41,983 bases of DNA from a virus (lineage: Duplodnaviria > Caudoviricetes): the IMG/VR virus record IMGVR_UViG_3300044449_000103, positions 1 to 41,983 of that record. One strand, written 5' to 3'. Positions 16,997 to 27,291 of this stretch are shown here, piece by piece. A program made the position numbers and the translations under genes. The notes beneath the pieces are model-generated. The model searched no databases. It saw only the letters and a program-made list of their open reading frames with translations, and had not been told where the DNA came from. Positions within the stretch are counted from its first letter, which is position 1. Each line of letters starts with the position of its first letter.

Positions 16997-17502
16997 CTGA
17001 TGCAGCACAAAACATTTGGAACACGATATCCAATTGGAAGCCAAATCAGTGGCTTATCACGTTTGGAATACTCGGCATCTTTTTCTTTGGCTCTGGAGGT
17101 GTATCGATGGCCGTCGCTGGCCAGAAGTTTGGTTTCGTTCCTGCAGAGACCCACGCGCTTCTGGGTATGTTGATGTCATTTGCCATGGTTGGTCTTGGGT
17201 CATGGTACGCGAAGGAGGCTGCTCGGTATGCCTCAATCGAACGCAGCAAGGCAGCTCGGCCTAACGTACCTGTATCAGAGTTATCCCTTGAGTTTGCTCG
17301 ACAGATCAAGGGATCGATACGGATGGATGAGGCTGACACATTGCGATTGCTGAAGGTTGACGCAGACAAGACCAAGTCGGAGCTGATTGAAACTCTAAAG
17401 CGCATGCGGCTACGAGAGGCAGCAGGTGATCGATCTGTCATCTATTACGACCAAGGTATGTATCACTCCCGATCAAACGATGCGACGGTGCTTGCTAAAT
17501 GA
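16993..17502 (+). CDS. Membrane protein (2 TM)
   Basis: Two hydrophobic segments; GTGA and ATGA coupling. Confidence 0.6.
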   Translation: MTDAAQNIWNTISNWKPNQWLITFGILGIFFFGSGGVSMAVAGQKFGFVPAETHALLGMLMSFAMVGLGSWYAKEAARYASIERSKAARPNVPVSELSLEFARQIKGSIRMDEADTLRLLKVDADKTKSELIETLKRMRLREAAGDRSVIYYDQGMYHSRSNDATVLAK

Positions 17503-19733
17503 GTGAAGTGTCCTACCAAGAAATTGAAGATCTGGACGAGGAACTCACCTCAGACGAGGAACTCGAGAAAGAACGTCAGCAGCGCCTAAATGCCCTTGGT
17601 TTAAAGCTCTCTGAGTCTCGCTCAGAGGCGATCGATCACCGGCAACAGTCTGGCATTGAAGACGAGTGGCTCGAGGACGAAGAGCACTACCAAGGCATAG
17701 ACGACGAGAACCGCAGCGAGAACACTGCATGGAACCGAAAGAAGCCTTTGGGTCAGGTTCAGCCTTCCAGCAGCGATAAGAAAACCGGTAGTACAATCTT
17801 CTTCAACATCACACGCCCTTACTGTGATGCCGCCAGTGCCAGAGTAGCTGACATGTTACTACCCACGGATGACCGTGGTTGGGCAATAAACTGCACGCCG
17901 ATTCCTGAGATGGAAGCGATCGCCAAAGGTAACTTCCCTCGCGGCTTAAGAGCGCAGATCAAAGATGCGGCCAAGAAGAGGTTCCCTAACGATCTCGAAG
18001 CTGCCAACGATGCCGCATACCACGACATGAAGACTATTCAGGCAGAGTTTGAAGCCAAGGTCGAGGAAGCCAAAGAGAAAGCCAAGCGGGCTGAACGTCG
18101 GATTGATGACTGGCATGTCGAGTGTCAGTTTCACGCTGAGATGCGTAAGGTTATCGAAGACACCAGCATTGTGGGTAACGGCGTCCTCAAAGGACCATTC
18201 ACTAAGCGGGTGAAGAAGGTAGCATTCATCGACGGCGAGGTCCGGGTTCAGGAAGATCTACAGCCCATTAGCAAGCGAATCAATTACTGGAATCTTTTTC
18301 CAGCTCCCGGTTGTGGCGAAAGCATCCACGACGGTGACTTCATATGGGAGCGCGATGACATTACCAAGCGTCGTTTGCGCAGACTCAAAGGCACTCCGGG
18401 TTACATCGACTCAGCCATTGATGAAGTCCTAGAGAAAAAACCGTGCGTCGCAAGCAGCAAGTTCGAGGCTAATGTGGATTCACCTATGCGTGGTCTCGAG
18501 GTTGAGCAGGCTCGAAAGTCCCAGTACGAGATCTGGTATTACCACGGCATCATTACCAAACAGGATTTGTTGGACTCAGGCTATCAGTTTGAAGACGGCG
18601 AGTTCGAGGAGATGGAAGACTCTATCGACGGCAAGGTGACGATGATCAACAACATCGTGATCCACATCGATCTGAATCTGTTGGACACGGGCGAGTTTCC
18701 ATATGACGTCATGGTTTGGCAAAGGCGCACTGGCATGCCTTGGGGTGTTGGCGTGGCTCGCCAAGTTCGAACCCCGCAGGTTGTAGTGAATGAAGCCGGG
18801 CGCCACATGATGGACAACGCTGGCTTTGCCGCAGGGCCACAGCAGCTTTTAATGGATGGCGTCATACCAGAAGACGGCATCTACGAGATGAAACCTTGGA
18901 AGCAATGGCACTTGGACGGGGACCTCGACCAAGCGGCGGTTCAGTACGCTTTTCAGTACATCTACGCCGATATGCAGCAAGGTCCTTTGCAGGCCATCAT
19001 CGAGCTTGGTTTGCGGATGGCTGAGGACGTCACCGGCTTGCCGATGATCATGCAGGGCCAGACCAACGCCAGAACGCCTAATACGCTCGGTGGGATGCAG
19101 ATCCAAAACAACAACGGTTCAACCGTGTTGAGACGAATCGCTCGCACATACGACGACAGAATGACTGAGCCGCATGTTCGCCGGTACTACGCATACCTGC
19201 TCCAGTACGGTGACGACGATTCCGAGAAAGGTGACTTCAGCATTGATGCCCGGGGTAGTTCTGCACTGGTAGAACGTGACCAAGAGGTTCAATCTATCAT
19301 GGAGTTCTATCAGGTTGTGATGAACCCAGTGCATGGCCTTGATCCGAAGAAGTGGGCGGAAGAAGCGCTTAAGTCTCGCCGCATCGATCCTAAGCGATTG
19401 AAGTACGATGATGACAAGTGGCAAGAAACTGTTGAGCGTATGACCCAGCCTCCAGCGGATCCGCGCATCGAAATCGCACAGATGAAGATGGAGTCTGAGG
19501 ACAAAGATCGTGAGATGACCATGGCGCTCAAAGAGATCGATGTCTTGGTCGACCAATTCAAAGAAGACAAAGTTGATAGCCGTCTACTACAAGAGCTCAA
19601 AACTAAGCTCTCTGATACGGTGATGAAGCTCAACACCCAGAAACAACTTTCAGGAGTGAAGTCTGTTCAGGCAATAACGCCGCCAACAGAACCCGCAGGA
19701 CGCGCACCTAATGGAGAAGCGTACTCCGCATGA
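17499..19733 (+). CDS. Portal protein (podovirus, P22/N4-like)
   Basis: 744 aa; GNGVLKGP, FPY...W...PWGVGVA, EDVTG, DFSIDARGSSALV; upstream of scaffold and MCP. Confidence 0.9.
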   Translation: MSEVSYQEIEDLDEELTSDEELEKERQQRLNALGLKLSESRSEAIDHRQQSGIEDEWLEDEEHYQGIDDENRSENTAWNRKKPLGQVQPSSSDKKTGSTIFFNITRPYCDAASARVADMLLPTDDRGWAINCTPIPEMEAIAKGNFPRGLRAQIKDAAKKRFPNDLEAANDAAYHDMKTIQAEFEAKVEEAKEKAKRAERRIDDWHVECQFHAEMRKVIEDTSIVGNGVLKGPFTKRVKKVAFIDGEVRVQEDLQPISKRINYWNLFPAPGCGESIHDGDFIWERDDITKRRLRRLKGTPGYIDSAIDEVLEKKPCVASSKFEANVDSPMRGLEVEQARKSQYEIWYYHGIITKQDLLDSGYQFEDGEFEEMEDSIDGKVTMINNIVIHIDLNLLDTGEFPYDVMVWQRRTGMPWGVGVARQVRTPQVVVNEAGRHMMDNAGFAAGPQQLLMDGVIPEDGIYEMKPWKQWHLDGDLDQAAVQYAFQYIYADMQQGPLQAIIELGLRMAEDVTGLPMIMQGQTNARTPNTLGGMQIQNNNGSTVLRRIARTYDDRMTEPHVRRYYAYLLQYGDDDSEKGDFSIDARGSSALVERDQEVQSIMEFYQVVMNPVHGLDPKKWAEEALKSRRIDPKRLKYDDDKWQETVERMTQPPADPRIEIAQMKMESEDKDREMTMALKEIDVLVDQFKEDKVDSRLLQELKTKLSDTVMKLNTQKQLSGVKSVQAITPPTEPAGRAPNGEAYSA

Positions 19734-20038
19734 AAATCTGTATCGGTTGTCTAGATGTCCTAGACGACAACGAGGTGTGTCCAAGGTGCTTTCCTGAAGG
19801 CACGTTGCCCAAAGAACACTTCGTCAAACTCGTTCTACTCACATGCCCAACATGTTCCCAAAATCCAAAAGACTGGGCGCCGGTCCACCCCGATGATTTC
19901 TCAGAAGCTCTGATGGAAGCCATGCAGCGCGACGATGTGGTCCGTGCCATGGCGACAGAGCAACAGGCTATGCAAATAGATGATGTCTGGTATCGAGCGG
20001 AACAGGTCTTTGATTTGGAGCCAGCTAACGATGCGTGA
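19730..20038 (+). CDS. Hypothetical Zn-finger protein
   Basis: Three CxxC motifs. Confidence 0.6.
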   Translation: MKICIGCLDVLDDNEVCPRCFPEGTLPKEHFVKLVLLTCPTCSQNPKDWAPVHPDDFSEALMEAMQRDDVVRAMATEQQAMQIDDVWYRAEQVFDLEPANDA

Positions 20039-20267
20039 GCCTAAACTCGATGCTACAGAGATCAGTTCTGGTGCAGGTAAAAAAGTCAGGGATTATGCCA
20101 ACGAAAGGATGGCAGAACTCCGCAGGAAGAACGACAACACTGCTTTGACACCAGATAAAACTGCTGTGATTCGTGGAGAGATCAGCGGACTCAAACGGAT
20201 CTTGAAAGAGTTGTACGGAGAGAAATTCGATGAACCTAGTAGTAGCCAAGGAAGCAAAGATGACTAA
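20031..20267 (+). CDS. Small post-portal head-module protein
   Basis: LRRKND...TAVIRGEI..LK helical pattern; GGAG upstream of ATG 20031. Confidence 0.65.
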   Translation: MREPKLDATEISSGAGKKVRDYANERMAELRRKNDNTALTPDKTAVIRGEISGLKRILKELYGEKFDEPSSSQGSKDD

Positions 20268-20445
20268 ATCGGAAAAGAAAAAGATGGAAGAGCGTGAACA
20301 GCAATGGGAAGCCGAAGAAGATCTTCGAACCCTGAAGCGTGCTTCTGAGATTAGAGACGATCCCAAGCGGCTACGACGAGCTCAAGCCGAAGCCAGAAGA
20401 CAAGTAAAGGCTGCTCAAAAAGCAGTTAAAGACAGCAAGGAGTAA
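20260..20445 (+). CDS. Small basic hypothetical protein
   Basis: WEAEEDLRTLKRASEIRDDPKRL; AGGA RBS before ATG 20260. Confidence 0.6.
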   Translation: MTKSEKKKMEEREQQWEAEEDLRTLKRASEIRDDPKRLRRAQAEARRQVKAAQKAVKDSKE

Positions 20446-20453
20446 TTACCAAA

Positions 20454-21533
20454 ATGCCTGATGAAGCACTTGAAAAGATCGCGTCCGAAGAGATGGAACT
20501 CACGGAGGAAGAGCAGGACAAGGAATTCGAGAACGCTTTTAACGGTGTGGACGATGACGAGTTCACCGATCCAGAAGAAGCCGTCATAGACGATGACGAC
20601 GGTGAGACCGAGCTTGAAACCAAAACCGAAGAAGATGAGCCCGGTGGTGATGGTGAAGACGGAGATGAAGAAGAGCAAGAGACTGATCCTGAGGCCCAGC
20701 AACAGCAAGAACAAGAAGAGCAGGAAGAAGAGGAAGACATCTGGAAAGATGTGGATCCGAAGGTCAGGGGTGCTTTCGAGAGTTTGGAGAAGCGCGTCCT
20801 CAAAGCTGAAAAAACAGCTGAGAATGCGACTAAGCGTGCTTCAGGTATTCAATCAGCATTCGACAAAGCCAAGCGTCAACTCGAGCAACAGGACAATGAG
20901 AAAAAGAAACCCACTAAGTCGACAGCGAAGGCCGAAGCAGTCAAAGGCGAATTTGGTGAGGATATCCCTGCTGCCATCACTGAGGGTGTCGAGAATAGTC
21001 GCATCGACATCATGGAAGAGGTCGAGCAAAAGTACGGTAACTCAGTCACGCCTGAACAGCTCGAAGGGCTTCGAACTTCGATGGCTTTGGATGCCAAGTT
21101 TGCTGACATGGATGACCAAGCACTGATCGACTATGACTCGATACCAGACGATGAAGCCAAGGCAATCAAGGACCGCGATCAGCCTTGGGAGCGAGTGATT
21201 GCAAGTCCAGAATTTGCGGAATGGTTTGGTCAGCAAGACGAGACATATCAAGCACTTGGGGCGAGCAACAAGTTTCAAGACGTGGCAAAAGTCCTCACCG
21301 ACTATAATACTTTCCGAAGTCCTCAAGACGACCCTTCGGATACGGACGGCGACGACAAGGACACTGAGGCTGAAGCCGCCGCTCAGGCAGCTGCAGCAGA
21401 GAAAAAACGAAAGCAACGTCTTGCTAGATCCGAGACACCAACTGATGGCACAGCCACAGGGTCACGGACCAAAAAAGGCAAAGAGGCTCAAGAGGAAGAG
21501 GACTTTCTTGAGGGCTTCAAAACAGGCAAGTAA
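20454..21533 (+). CDS. Capsid scaffolding protein
   Basis: Very acidic, helical, directly upstream of the MCP; AAGGAG RBS. Confidence 0.8.
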   Translation: MPDEALEKIASEEMELTEEEQDKEFENAFNGVDDDEFTDPEEAVIDDDDGETELETKTEEDEPGGDGEDGDEEEQETDPEAQQQQEQEEQEEEEDIWKDVDPKVRGAFESLEKRVLKAEKTAENATKRASGIQSAFDKAKRQLEQQDNEKKKPTKSTAKAEAVKGEFGEDIPAAITEGVENSRIDIMEEVEQKYGNSVTPEQLEGLRTSMALDAKFADMDDQALIDYDSIPDDEAKAIKDRDQPWERVIASPEFAEWFGQQDETYQALGASNKFQDVAKVLTDYNTFRSPQDDPSDTDGDDKDTEAEAAAQAAAAEKKRKQRLARSETPTDGTATGSRTKKGKEAQEEEDFLEGFKTGK

Positions 21534-21663
21534 CACCGGCATTCGCATCTAAGCGAGTCCCGAAAGAAGTACCAGCGGACGACTACCTAAGTCCTTCGTG
21601 GGATTGAACGAAAGGTCACACGGCCTTTTTGGATTTTTCACTTAAGTTTTAGGAGTCGGCCCG

Positions 21664-22713
21664 ATGGGACAGATCCAGCTTTATGATTCAGCAACGCCTC
21701 GGATCGGGGCGGTAAAAGGCGCCATGCTCAAGGCCGCCATGCCAAAGGAAGTTTTGGCAATTGCTGGCGATTCGCACGAAATGAAAAAGAACATGTCGGA
21801 TACGATCATCTTCCGACGTTGGCTACCTTACGGTGGCTCTGCGACAGACGCCGCATCAATCAACAAATGGGAAGTGGATGTAAACGCGCACCTCACGCAA
21901 GAAGGCGTGACCGTGGATGCAGACACAATCATCCCGCAAGACAAGACAGTTCAGCTCAAACAGTACTCTGTGCTCTACAAGTACACTGACAAGGCAGCTG
22001 AGCTTTACGAAGACGACATCCCGGGTCCGATGAAGAAGCAGACTGGCCAACGCATGGGCCTGCTTCGCGAGATGATTCGTTACGGCACACTGAAGGGTTG
22101 TACTAACAAGTTCTACGCTGGTGGTACCTCACGTTCAACTGTCGACGCACGAGTTTCTCTGACTGGTTTGCGACTGGTATGTCAGTCTCTGGAAGGTAAC
22201 CGCTGTAACGTAATTACAGAGGTTCTATCACCTTCACCAAACTACGGCACCTCTTCTGTTGAAGCAGGCTACTTGGTGTTCGTGCATACCAACATGGCGG
22301 CCGATATTCGTGAGTTGGAAGGTTTCACGAAGGTTGCAGACTACGGCAGCATGAAGCCAGTGCACCCTCTTGAGTTGGGTGCGGTTGATGAATTCCGATT
22401 CATCCGGTCACCTGAGCTGAACCCAATCATCGATTCCGGTGCAGCTGTTGGTGCAACAGGCTTGAAATCAACTGGTGGTTCAAACATCGACGTGTATCCA
22501 ATGATCGTGGTTGCAGAATCGGCTTGGGCCGACGTTGCACTCCGCGGTCGTGATTCATTCGGTGTGACTCACCTTCCTCACAACAAGCGCGATAAGTCTG
22601 ACCCTAACGGCCAGATCGGTTACGTCGGCGCCAACTTCTGGACTGCGGCATTCATCCAGAACGACGGTTGGATGGCGGTGTACGAAGTCGGCGCAACCCA
22701 GCTGGCGGCTTAA
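21664..22713 (+). CDS. Major capsid protein, N4-gp56-like family
   Basis: KNMSDTIIFRR, LTQEGVT, ELGAVDEFRFI, DVYPMIVV, DKSDPNGQIGYVG; AGGAG RBS. Confidence 0.92.
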   Translation: MGQIQLYDSATPRIGAVKGAMLKAAMPKEVLAIAGDSHEMKKNMSDTIIFRRWLPYGGSATDAASINKWEVDVNAHLTQEGVTVDADTIIPQDKTVQLKQYSVLYKYTDKAAELYEDDIPGPMKKQTGQRMGLLREMIRYGTLKGCTNKFYAGGTSRSTVDARVSLTGLRLVCQSLEGNRCNVITEVLSPSPNYGTSSVEAGYLVFVHTNMAADIRELEGFTKVADYGSMKPVHPLELGAVDEFRFIRSPELNPIIDSGAAVGATGLKSTGGSNIDVYPMIVVAESAWADVALRGRDSFGVTHLPHNKRDKSDPNGQIGYVGANFWTAAFIQNDGWMAVYEVGATQLAA

Positions 22714-22723
22714 GGAGGCCCTT

Positions 22724-23200
22724 ATGAAAATCACAGGAATGAGCGCTTGTTTCGCTGCTGGTTTGTTAACTGCAACTGGCGCTGAGACTGTCTACGACAC
22801 TACGGTGGCGATTCCGTTTTCAATCGACGGCAAGCTTTACAGCAAGGCCGCTGTTGCCAACGGTGCGACACCTACCTCAGATGGTGACGGCAATGCCTTC
22901 GCCACTCTGGCAGCAAGTCAGGGTTGTGTGATGCTCTGGTGTCTCAAAGCAGACGGTACGGTTGGTGTATTCCAGTCTGATATCGGATCGCTTGACGGTT
23001 CGGATGAGTTTGACTCTGCGGAGCTTCCAAACTTCCCGACCTACGACACTGAAGTTTGGGTGCCTTTTGCCTACATGGTGTTGAAGAACGGCGCTGCCGG
23101 TTCGACCTTCACCTTCGGCTCAAGCAACTGGAACGCCACAGGCATGACTGTCGCGATTCAGGACATCAGCACCCTGCCTTCACGACCTCAATCGTCTTAA
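22724..23200 (+). CDS. Putative capsid-associated (decoration/cement) protein
   Basis: Directly after the MCP; strong AAGGAGG RBS; A/G/T-rich beta composition. Confidence 0.6.
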   Translation: MKITGMSACFAAGLLTATGAETVYDTTVAIPFSIDGKLYSKAAVANGATPTSDGDGNAFATLAASQGCVMLWCLKADGTVGVFQSDIGSLDGSDEFDSAELPNFPTYDTEVWVPFAYMVLKNGAAGSTFTFGSSNWNATGMTVAIQDISTLPSRPQSS

Positions 23201-23209
23201 CCGCGTGAT

Positions 23210-23225
23210 TGCCCCTTCGGGGGCA
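23210..23225 (+). other. C(UUCG)G tetraloop hairpin without U-tract
   Basis: TGCCCC-TTCG-GGGGCA in the intergenic gap. Confidence 0.6.
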
Positions 23226-23249
23226 CTTCACTCTGAATAGGAGAATCAC

Positions 23250-23771
23250 ATGAGAAAGTTTGATGTACAGCACATCAATCTGCATGGCGCTCTACGGTTA
23301 AGAGCCGGTGCAAGAATTGTCGTCAAGGAAGCTGACGGCACTGAAAGCGAGGTCGACTCAAGTCTGCTGGGCAACCTGTTAGGTGCTACCCGTGTCGCTA
23401 CTCTGACAGAGGCAAACACTCTGACAGCTGCTGATAGCGGAAAGGCCTTCTACCTCGACGCAGCAGGTGGTTTTGATACCACGCTACCGGCACCAACTGC
23501 AGGCGTTCGTTATCGATTCATTGTCGCCACAGCTCCAACTGGTGCTGACTACGGCATTGCTTCTACTGCCCAGAGTTTTGTTGGAGGCATCAACGAACTC
23601 GAAGTGGACACTGCGAACGACGGTCCGTATTCAAACGGCGCCGACTCACTCGAATTTAAGGCGAACTTCGCTTCTCAAGGCGACTGGGTAGACATCGAAT
23701 CCGATGGAAACAAATGGTATGTCACTGGCCAGACTCGTCTGGATGGTGGCTTGGCATTCACAGCAATCTAA
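23250..23771 (+). CDS. Putative head fibre/decoration protein
   Basis: TLTAADSGKAFYL...TLPAPTAGVRYRF...GDWVDIESDGNKWYV. Confidence 0.65.
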   Translation: MRKFDVQHINLHGALRLRAGARIVVKEADGTESEVDSSLLGNLLGATRVATLTEANTLTAADSGKAFYLDAAGGFDTTLPAPTAGVRYRFIVATAPTGADYGIASTAQSFVGGINELEVDTANDGPYSNGADSLEFKANFASQGDWVDIESDGNKWYVTGQTRLDGGLAFTAI

Positions 23772-23781
23772 ACCCCTCTTT

Positions 23782-23810
23782 GCGGCTCTCTCAGGGCCGC
23801 TTTTTCTTTT
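23782..23810 (+). terminator. Rho-independent terminator
   Basis: GCGGCTCT-CTC-AGGGCCGC followed by TTTTTCTTTT. Confidence 0.8.
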
Positions 23811-23823
23811 AAGGCTCTAACTC

Positions 23824-24495
23824 ATGGCAGGAAAAAAACTTACTAACGCAGAGCTTCAAAAGCGCATGGAAGAGCAATCTTCGGTCACGGATGACCGTTT
23901 GGAGACCGTAGAAACTACCCTCACTGAACTTGGCGATGCAGTCGGATCTATCCAAGAAAGCGTCGAATCTCAGTTCGCAGAGGTACTGAAGTCCATTAAG
24001 GCGATCAACAACCCTGTGTCGATCAACACCTCACGTATCGAGGCTGACGAGCATCTTGGCGGCGGAGGTGTTCGAAAGTTCGAGCATGAAGGTCGACTTA
24101 ATGATGACGATATCGACGTTATTCAACCTGCTGAACGTTCAGACGTTGGGTCGCCAGAGTTTAAGAACAAGATGGAAGCGCTGCAGTTCAACGAGCAAGA
24201 ATTGCTGGTGTACATTCAAGACGGCCAAGAAGACCGAGTGTTTTCAATCACCGTTTCTGGCGAAGAATGCATCTTCGTAAAAGGCCGCAAGCATATTGCG
24301 AAACGTAAGTTTGTCGAAGGTCTGGCGCGAGCTAAGCCACTGCATTACAGCAACGAGTTGTTGAAAGATGCTCAAGGCAATGACTTCTATCAACATCGAG
24401 AGAGCGAGCAGCTTCGTTATCCTTTCTCTGTCGAAAAGGACCCTGCCGGTGATTTTGGTAGAGCTTGGCTCCAACGCATCCTGAAAGAGCCTTAA
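23824..24495 (+). CDS. Hypothetical virion-module protein
   Basis: 223 aa; C-terminal RKFVEGLARAK...RYPFSV..DP...WL. Confidence 0.75.
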   Translation: MAGKKLTNAELQKRMEEQSSVTDDRLETVETTLTELGDAVGSIQESVESQFAEVLKSIKAINNPVSINTSRIEADEHLGGGGVRKFEHEGRLNDDDIDVIQPAERSDVGSPEFKNKMEALQFNEQELLVYIQDGQEDRVFSITVSGEECIFVKGRKHIAKRKFVEGLARAKPLHYSNELLKDAQGNDFYQHRESEQLRYPFSVEKDPAGDFGRAWLQRILKEP

Positions 24496-24499
24496 TGAA

Positions 24500-25222
24500 G
24501 TGTCGACTCTGCTGGAGCTCTTTCAAGATACCGTACGCGAATGCGGAATCACTACTGAAAAACCGTCTACCGTTCTGAATCAGACTGGCGAGCTCTTGCA
24601 GGTCCTTCACTGGATCAGCGATGCATATGTCGAGTTACAGAGATTACGGAATGGCAACTGGCTCTGGCTAAAGCGGGAATTTACCTTAAACACCGTCGCT
24701 GAAGATGATACTTACGCTTACGGTGATTGCATTGACGTGCTTACCGGCGCAGCGATCGATCGTTTCAGAGATTGGTGCTTGGATGATCCGTACGACCCAC
24801 CTCGCATTTACCTTCAGTCTGCTGGTGAATCGACTAAGACTCGAATGACCAGCATTCGATTCCACGAGTATCGCTCGCTCTATGGTGGCAGCTCTCAATC
24901 CAGTGCCTTCCCTCAGTTCATTGCCGTCGACAACGATAAGAACCTAAAGCTTGGAAACAAGCCAAACGATGTTTACGTGGTTTCGAGCTGGTTTAAGCGC
25001 GGGCCTCAGGTGCTTGCGTTTAATGAAGAGAGCGATAACGAAGTAACACCTGAGATGCCGGATCATCACGAACTGATTGTTTACGGCGCGATGAAGAAGT
25101 ACGCCTTTTTTAACTCTGCGCAAGAATTCATGGACCGGGCAGTGATGGAAAGTAAACCTTCCATGAAAGCGCTTGAGCGTTCTCAGTTACCAAGCATGCG
25201 GGGTGCGAGGCCGTTAGCCTAA
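24500..25222 (+). CDS. Head-tail adaptor (tail tubular A-like)
   Basis: Size and position; TLLEL...W.WLK...PEMPDHHELIVYGAM. Confidence 0.7.
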   Translation: MSTLLELFQDTVRECGITTEKPSTVLNQTGELLQVLHWISDAYVELQRLRNGNWLWLKREFTLNTVAEDDTYAYGDCIDVLTGAAIDRFRDWCLDDPYDPPRIYLQSAGESTKTRMTSIRFHEYRSLYGGSSQSSAFPQFIAVDNDKNLKLGNKPNDVYVVSSWFKRGPQVLAFNEESDNEVTPEMPDHHELIVYGAMKKYAFFNSAQEFMDRAVMESKPSMKALERSQLPSMRGARPLA

Positions 25223-27291
25223 TGCGCCAGCGCAGACCATTGCCACAGCCTAGCCAAGAGTACATTCCCTTCAAGGGCGGCTTAGACTTACTCACTCCTT
25301 CTTGGCAGACCAAGCCCGGTGTGCTTCGTGAGTCCCAGAACTTCGAAGTCGGCATCTTTGATGGATACGATTCAATCATCGGCTACGAGCGATTTGACGG
25401 CCGCTCAAAGCCAAGCGATGCACCGTACGCGATCTTAAATGCAAACATCACTGGCACATTCGCAGTAGGTTCGGTGGTGACTGGTTCAAGCTCCGCAGCC
25501 ACAGCAACGGTTCTCGCAACCGGGTCTTACAACGACCAATCATATCTTGCACTCACGATGATCACCGGCACGTTTGTTGACGGAGAGAACTTGACCGTCT
25601 CTGCCATTATCCAAGGGACAGCATCTGGAACTCAGATTATCGACGGTGCCTCTACCGCTCAGCTGGCGGCGCTTTACAAGCATCTTGCAGCAGATGTCTA
25701 TCGTTCACTGATATCGGCTCCAACAGGCTCAGGGAGCTTGCTAGGGGCTTGGATGCTGGACGATGTGAAATATGTTTTTCGAAACAATGCTGGGAACACC
25801 GAGGCGCTTCTTTGGAAAAGTACCTCTGCTGGGTGGGTGCAGGTTTCATTAGGATTCGAACTTGAGTTCACTTCCGGCAGCGTTGCTGTCAATGAGGGGG
25901 ACACGATCACGGGGTCTGTAAGCGGTGCCACTGCGGTGGTCACTCGAGTGGTTATCGAATCTGGTTCGATCGGCTCTGGTGATGCCTCTGGAAGATTCAT
26001 CTTTTCATCTCAAACCGGCACCTTTGCATCAGAGAACATCGATGTCGGCGCCTCATCCAATGTGGCCACCATCTCAGGTAACAGCAGTGCGATCACGATG
26101 TTGCCAAACGGTCGCTTTGAGATGATCACCAGCCAGTTCAACGGCGTTGATGATCGTATTTACGGATGCGATGGTGAGAACCGAGGGTTTGAGTTTGACG
26201 GCACGGTGTTTGTTCCAATCAATACAGGGATGGCTGCCGACACTCCGACTCACGTGGTTGCATTTAGGAATCACCTGTTTTTTGCCTTCGGTGGATCAGC
26301 ACAGCATTCGGCGATCGGGAATCCTTACAGTTGGTCATCGGTCTTGGGTGCAGGCGAGCTTGCACTGGGAGAAGCGATCACAGGATTCGAAGAGCAGCCC
26401 GGTGATTCGACAGTGGGTACGCTTGCGATATTCGGCAGGAACAGCACTCACATGTTGTACGGAACATCGTCTGCCGACTGGAACTTAGTTAAGTATCGCG
26501 ATGAGATTGGCGCCTACGCCTATTCTATCCAACAAGTGACAGGAACCATCCTGTTGGATGATCGGGGCATCAGCGTGCTAAGGACAGCTCAAGAGTTCGG
26601 CAACTTCTTGCATTCCTCTATTTCCGAGAGGATACAGCCGTTCTTGGTCGAGCGTCGCCGACGTGTCGCTGACTCATGTATTGCCCGGGACAAAAACCAG
26701 TATCGATTATTCTTTACCGATGGCTACGGTTTGTATGTGACCATGGATGGACGAAAGGTTATGGGCATCATGCCCGTTTTATTCCCCAACCCAGTCACTT
26801 GCATGTTCTCGTTAGAGAATTCAACTGGCGAAGAGGAAATCTTCTTTGGCTCGACAGATGGGAACTTGTATCAGTTAGATAAAGGCACGTCATTCGATGG
26901 CGAAAACATGGAGTGTTTCTTCACCACTCACTTCATGCACTTCAACTCTCCACGGGTATTGAAGCGATATATCGATGCCATCTTCGAGATCCAAGGCGAA
27001 GGTTACTCAGAATTCAGCTTTACGTTTGAAGTTCAGTACGGCGCTTCAGATAGAGCCCAGCCCGGATCGCAGAGTGTGTCTATCGACCTCTCTAGTGCTC
27101 GCTGGGACGCTTTTACGTGGGATGCATTCTTCTGGGACGGAAAGACAATTAAGCCGTCAAGAGCTCGTCTCTCAGGGACAGGCGTGAATATCTCGATGAC
27201 TGTCAGAAGAAATTCTAATTATTTTGCGCAGGCGAAGTTCAGCGGCGCGTTTTTGCAACACCTTCCTCGAAGGATTGAGAGGTCCTCATGA
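25222..27291 (+). CDS. Tail nozzle/stabilisation protein (tubular B-like)
   Basis: FKGGLDL N-terminus, beta-propeller-like (FRNHLFFA), two internal G..(V/I)TGS.S.ATA.V inserts. Confidence 0.75.
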   Translation: MRQRRPLPQPSQEYIPFKGGLDLLTPSWQTKPGVLRESQNFEVGIFDGYDSIIGYERFDGRSKPSDAPYAILNANITGTFAVGSVVTGSSSAATATVLATGSYNDQSYLALTMITGTFVDGENLTVSAIIQGTASGTQIIDGASTAQLAALYKHLAADVYRSLISAPTGSGSLLGAWMLDDVKYVFRNNAGNTEALLWKSTSAGWVQVSLGFELEFTSGSVAVNEGDTITGSVSGATAVVTRVVIESGSIGSGDASGRFIFSSQTGTFASENIDVGASSNVATISGNSSAITMLPNGRFEMITSQFNGVDDRIYGCDGENRGFEFDGTVFVPINTGMAADTPTHVVAFRNHLFFAFGGSAQHSAIGNPYSWSSVLGAGELALGEAITGFEEQPGDSTVGTLAIFGRNSTHMLYGTSSADWNLVKYRDEIGAYAYSIQQVTGTILLDDRGISVLRTAQEFGNFLHSSISERIQPFLVERRRRVADSCIARDKNQYRLFFTDGYGLYVTMDGRKVMGIMPVLFPNPVTCMFSLENSTGEEEIFFGSTDGNLYQLDKGTSFDGENMECFFTTHFMHFNSPRVLKRYIDAIFEIQGEGYSEFSFTFEVQYGASDRAQPGSQSVSIDLSSARWDAFTWDAFFWDGKTIKPSRARLSGTGVNISMTVRRNSNYFAQAKFSGAFLQHLPRRIERSS

